Translations under genes and position numbers: made by a program | Notes under the pieces: model-generated | What the model was told of the DNA's origin: nothing | The model's database searches: none | Seen by the model: only the letters and a program-made list of their open reading frames with translations | NCBI GenBank assembly: GCA_002707695.1 | Contig: PANR01000018.1 | Coordinates: forward strand, 1,865 to 65,864 | DNA length: 64,000 nucleotides | Direction: 5' to 3' | From: Legionellaceae bacterium | Lineage (GTDB): Bacteria; Pseudomonadota; Gammaproteobacteria; UBA12402 | Part shown: positions 60,480 through 64,000 of the stretch, piece after piece | Numbering within the stretch: the first letter of the stretch is position 1 | Layout: each line of letters begins with the position of its first letter

Positions 60480-60770
60480 ATGAACAAAGAAACCGTAGAA
60501 AAAATAGCCCACTTAGCCCGTATCCACATCGACGACAAGGATATGCCGGCTATCACTGACAAGCTGCAAAAAGTCATGAAACTCATTGATGAGATGAATG
60601 CCATTGATACCAGCGACATAGAACCCATGGCTCATCCGCTCGATCTTGCTCAGCGTTTGCGCGAAGACGAGGTCACTGAAACCAACCAACGTGATGAATT
60701 TATTAAACTCGCCCCTGCTGCTGAAGCAGGTTTATATTTAGTTCCCAAAGTTATCGACATTGTTGAGTAA
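60480..60770 (+). CDS. gatC: Asp/Glu-tRNA amidotransferase subunit C
   Basis: [27 protein letters not shown]. Confidence 0.95.
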   Translation: MNKETVEKIAHLARIHIDDKDMPAITDKLQKVMKLIDEMNAIDTSDIEPMAHPLDLAQRLREDEVTETNQRDEFIKLAPAAEAGLYLVPKVIDIVE

Positions 60771-60777
60771 ATACGTT

Positions 60778-62229
60778 ATGCACGAAAAAACCATTAGACA
60801 ACTGCGCACCATGCTAGATAACAAAGAAATATCGAGTGTTGAACTGACGCAACATTTCTTAGCACGCATTAAATCTGACGAAACAAATAGCTTTATTACC
60901 ATCACCGAAGAACACGCACTGGCTGCCGCTAGCGCTGCCGACAAACAAATCGCGGCGGGAAAAACCAGTGCATTAACTGGCATACCTATTGCACAAAAAG
61001 ATATTTTTTGCACGCAAGGTATTCGCTCAAGCGCTGGCTCAAAAATTCTTGATCCTTTTATTTCACCTTACGATGCTACGAGCGTGAGCAAACTCAAACA
61101 AGCTGGCACGGTGATGTTGGGCAAAACCAACATGGATGATTGCGCGATGGGCTCATCCAACGAAAATAGTTATTACGGGCCTTGCAAAAATCCGTGGAAC
61201 ACTGCTCATGTCCCCGGTGGGTCTTCAGGCGGCTCTGCTGCCGCTATTGCTGCAGGGTTAACGCCAGCGGCGACTGGCACTGACACCGGCGGCTCAATTC
61301 GCCAACCTGCTGCACTGTGTGGCATTACTGGATTAAAACCTACTTATGGACGTGTTTCCCGCTACGGCATGATTGCGTTTGCCTCAAGCCTCGATCAAGG
61401 CGGGCCGATGGCTCGCACTGCTGAAGACTGCGCAATACTGCTACAAGCGATGGCGGGCTTTGATGAAAAAGATTCAACTTCGGTGAACAAGCCCGTTCCT
61501 GATTATACAGCACACCTCAATGACTCAATCGAAGGTCTTCGCATTGGCTTACCCAAAGAATATTTTAGTGAACAACTCAATCCAGCGATTGCGAACCATA
61601 TTCACGAAGCAGCAAAAACCTTAGAAAAGCAAGGCGCAAAACTGGTAGAAATTAGTTTGCCCAATAATCATTTATCCATTCCCGCTTATTATGTTATTGC
61701 ACCGGCGGAAGCGTCTTCCAATTTATCACGCTACGATGGCGTGCGTTATGGGCACCGTTGTGAAAACCCGAAAGATCTCATTGATTTGTACAAGCGCTCA
61801 CGTGCGGAAGGCTTCGGCGCTGAAGTTCAACGACGCATTTTAACCGGCACTTATGTATTATCAACCGGTTATTACGACGCTTATTATTTAAAAGCACAAA
61901 AAATTCGTCGCTTAATCGCCAATGACTATCAAGCAGCATTTAACGATGTGGATGTCATCTTAGGCCCCACCTCACCCTGCACAGCATTTAAATTGGGTGA
62001 AAAAAGCGATGACCCAGTGGCCATGTACTTATCAGATATTTATACCATTGCGGTAAATTTAGCAGGTTTGCCCGGAATTTCGGTGCCCGCTGGGTTTGTC
62101 GATGGATTACCGGTTGGTTTACAACTGATTAGCAATCATTTTACTGAGGAAAAATTATTAAACGTCGCCCATCAGTATCAACAAGTCACTGATTGGCACA
62201 ACAGGCGCCCTGGCGGAAAAACATCTTGA
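60778..62229 (+). CDS. gatA: Asp/Glu-tRNA amidotransferase subunit A
   Basis: [33 protein letters not shown]. Confidence 0.97.
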   Translation: MHEKTIRQLRTMLDNKEISSVELTQHFLARIKSDETNSFITITEEHALAAASAADKQIAAGKTSALTGIPIAQKDIFCTQGIRSSAGSKILDPFISPYDATSVSKLKQAGTVMLGKTNMDDCAMGSSNENSYYGPCKNPWNTAHVPGGSSGGSAAAIAAGLTPAATGTDTGGSIRQPAALCGITGLKPTYGRVSRYGMIAFASSLDQGGPMARTAEDCAILLQAMAGFDEKDSTSVNKPVPDYTAHLNDSIEGLRIGLPKEYFSEQLNPAIANHIHEAAKTLEKQGAKLVEISLPNNHLSIPAYYVIAPAEASSNLSRYDGVRYGHRCENPKDLIDLYKRSRAEGFGAEVQRRILTGTYVLSTGYYDAYYLKAQKIRRLIANDYQAAFNDVDVILGPTSPCTAFKLGEKSDDPVAMYLSDIYTIAVNLAGLPGISVPAGFVDGLPVGLQLISNHFTEEKLLNVAHQYQQVTDWHNRRPGGKTS

Positions 62230-62387
62230 TAGAAACAAAAAATTGTCGTGTGTTTTTCCGAAACACACAACAATAGAAACAAAAAATTGTCGTGTGTTTT
62301 GACGAAACCCTGATTGGACAGGACGTCCAATCCGGAGCGATACAGGATGTACTTGAGCGTGTTTCGGAAAAACACACGACAATTTTT
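62229..62387. repeat. composite palindromic/MITE-like element in the gatA-gatB spacer (repeat core copy 2)
   Basis: 29-bp perfect inverted repeat 62238-62266/62359-62387; 28-bp direct repeat 62229-62256/62273-62300; core 62305-62364 shared with 36834-36894. Confidence 0.85.
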
Positions 62388-62405
62388 AATAAATAGAGAA
62401 ACACC

Positions 62406-63839
62406 ATGCAATGGGAAACCATCATCGGACTTGAAGTCCACGCACAATTAGCTACGAAAAGTAAAATCTTTTCAGGCGCCTCAACAACCTACGGCGCAGA
62501 GCCGAATGTACAAGCTTGTGCAATAGATCTTGCCATGCCTGGCGTTTTACCTGTGCTCAACCATGAAGCTGTCAATATGGCCATTAAATTTGGTTGCGCC
62601 ATTGACGCGCAGATCAACAAAAAATCAGTCTTTGCTCGCAAAAACTATTTCTACCCTGACTTACCCAAAGGCTATCAAATTAGCCAGTTTGAATTGCCCA
62701 TAGTCGGCAAGGGACATCTCGACATCAACTTGCCTGATGGCAACAGCAAACGCATTGGCGTGACGCGCGCGCATTTAGAAGAAGATGCAGGCAAATCATT
62801 ACATGAAGATTTTCACGGCATGACAGGCGTTGATTTAAATCGCGCGGGTGTACCGTTACTTGAAATTGTCTCAGAACCTGACATGCGCTCACCTGAAGAA
62901 GCCATTAGTTATTTGAAAACACTTCACGCGTTGGTGCGCTATTTAGAAATTTGTGATGGCAATATGCAAGAAGGCTCATTTCGTTGCGATGTCAATGTTT
63001 CTGTTCGCCCTGTTGGGCAAGAACAATTCGGCACGCGTGCTGAAATTAAAAACGTTAACTCATTTCGTTCAGTGGAGCGCGCGATTAAATACGAAGTTGA
63101 AAGACAAATTGACCTGATTAGCAATGGCAAAGACGTTGTACAAGAAACACGCCTGTTCGATGCGAATAAAAATATCACGCGCAGCATGCGATCAAAAGAA
63201 GATGCGCAAGACTATCGTTATTTTCCAGATCCCGACTTGTTGCCACTCATACTCGCTGATGAAAACATCGAAAAAATCAGAAAAAATTTGCCTGAATTGC
63301 CGCATGAAAAATGCGAGCGCTTTCAGCAAGCTTACGAGTTAAGCGCTTATGATGCCAACGTTTTAATTAGCGATCTTGATTTGGCGCATTATTTTGAAGC
63401 TGTTGTCAGCAATACCGACGCTAAACCTAAACTAGCCGCCAACTGGATTAGCAGTGAATTGCTCGGCCTGTTAAACAAGGAGAGTTTGTCTATCACTCAA
63501 AGCCCTATTAGCGCTGACCAACTTGCTGGGCTGCTAACACGAATCCACGACAACACCATTTCAGGCAAAATTGCAAAAGACGTTTTTCTTGCTATGTTTG
63601 AAGGTGAAGGAAGCGCTGATGATATTATTGAGAAAAAAGGCTTGAAACAAATTACCGATACAGCGGCCATTGAAAAAATTATTGATGACGTTATCGCTAA
63701 TAGCCCAACACAACTTGAGCAATACCGCAGCGGTAAAGACAAACTATTTGGCTACTTCGTCGGACAAACGATGAAAGCCACCCAAGGCAAGGCAAACCCT
63801 GCTCAAGTCAATGCAATGTTAAAGAAAAAATTGCAGTAA
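62406..63839 (+). CDS. gatB: Asp/Glu-tRNA amidotransferase subunit B
   Basis: [42 protein letters not shown]. Confidence 0.98.
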   Translation: MQWETIIGLEVHAQLATKSKIFSGASTTYGAEPNVQACAIDLAMPGVLPVLNHEAVNMAIKFGCAIDAQINKKSVFARKNYFYPDLPKGYQISQFELPIVGKGHLDINLPDGNSKRIGVTRAHLEEDAGKSLHEDFHGMTGVDLNRAGVPLLEIVSEPDMRSPEEAISYLKTLHALVRYLEICDGNMQEGSFRCDVNVSVRPVGQEQFGTRAEIKNVNSFRSVERAIKYEVERQIDLISNGKDVVQETRLFDANKNITRSMRSKEDAQDYRYFPDPDLLPLILADENIEKIRKNLPELPHEKCERFQQAYELSAYDANVLISDLDLAHYFEAVVSNTDAKPKLAANWISSELLGLLNKESLSITQSPISADQLAGLLTRIHDNTISGKIAKDVFLAMFEGEGSADDIIEKKGLKQITDTAAIEKIIDDVIANSPTQLEQYRSGKDKLFGYFVGQTMKATQGKANPAQVNAMLKKKLQ

Positions 63840-63840
63840 T

Positions 63841-64000
63841 TTACTCGTAGGCTGCCCCAGCAGGACTTGTGCTAGCATTGCTCGCAAAAGCCACCTCAAC
63901 GGGCGGCGTTGCTGGCTTGAAGCACGAAAAAAGTGATGCAAAACAATCAATGATTGACTCACAACCCGACTCCTTAACCTCTTCTGACTCTACTCGCATA
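63841..64000 (-). CDS. probable 3' end of an unknown gene entering from outside the window
   Basis: Frame open from window edge to TAA at 63841: ..ESEEVKESGCESIIDCFASLFSCFKPATPPVEVAFASNASTSPAGAAYE*. Confidence 0.4.
   Translation of the reverse strand, partial: MRVESEEVKESGCESIIDCFASLFSCFKPATPPVEVAFASNASTSPAGAAYE

Noticed and set aside
62229..62300. 28-bp direct repeat as a CRISPR array
   Set aside because: Only two units, 16-nt spacer, no cas genes, embedded in a palindromic element
62158..62447. Three short minus-strand ORFs, plus similar ORFs at 36491-36950
   Set aside because: Translations of the repeat element; their mutual similarity is explained by the DNA repeat

Overview
Bacterial chromosome segment, most consistent with a Legionellales/Coxiella-like gammaproteobacterium (inferred from LssY, the mreBCD-yhdP/gatCAB and gltX-tRNA-Ala-tRNA-Glu synteny, and effector-like ORFans). 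Bases 1-30.6 kb are a surface-polysaccharide (LPS/O-antigen) locus. Its minus-strand backbone runs wbpA-wbpB-wbpD / wbpE / hotdog-like ORF-KASIII-ACP-GNAT-deacetylase-wzx-hisH2-hisF2-amidotransferase. Two cassettes interrupt it, each starting with a paralogous ArnT/PMT-type (GT-C) membrane glycosyltransferase behind a near-identical sigma70-like promoter. Cassette A carries a sulfate-to-sulfite route (sat-cysC with a 1-nt frameshift, cysH, cysQ), UDP-sulfoquinovose synthase SqdB, a GT2 and a flippase-like protein, but no sulfolipid synthase. This suggests lipid-carrier-dependent periplasmic sulfoquinovosylation. Cassette B carries a second WbpD/B/E-like set plus a GT2. Bases 30.6-64 kb are mostly housekeeping genes (comEA, dacA, LssY, sohB, CDF, tspO, gltX, tamAB, yhdP, mreBCD, gatCAB). 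They also include two TA systems, tRNA-Glu(TTC), tRNA-Ala(GGC) and several small repeats. A ~2.7 kb integrase-less islet bounded by a 24-bp direct repeat of the tRNA-Glu 3' end encodes an ADP-ribosyltransferase-like effector candidate and a protein with motifs reminiscent of tRNA-dependent cyclodipeptide synthases. All family assignments come from motif recognition by eye; no database searches were run.
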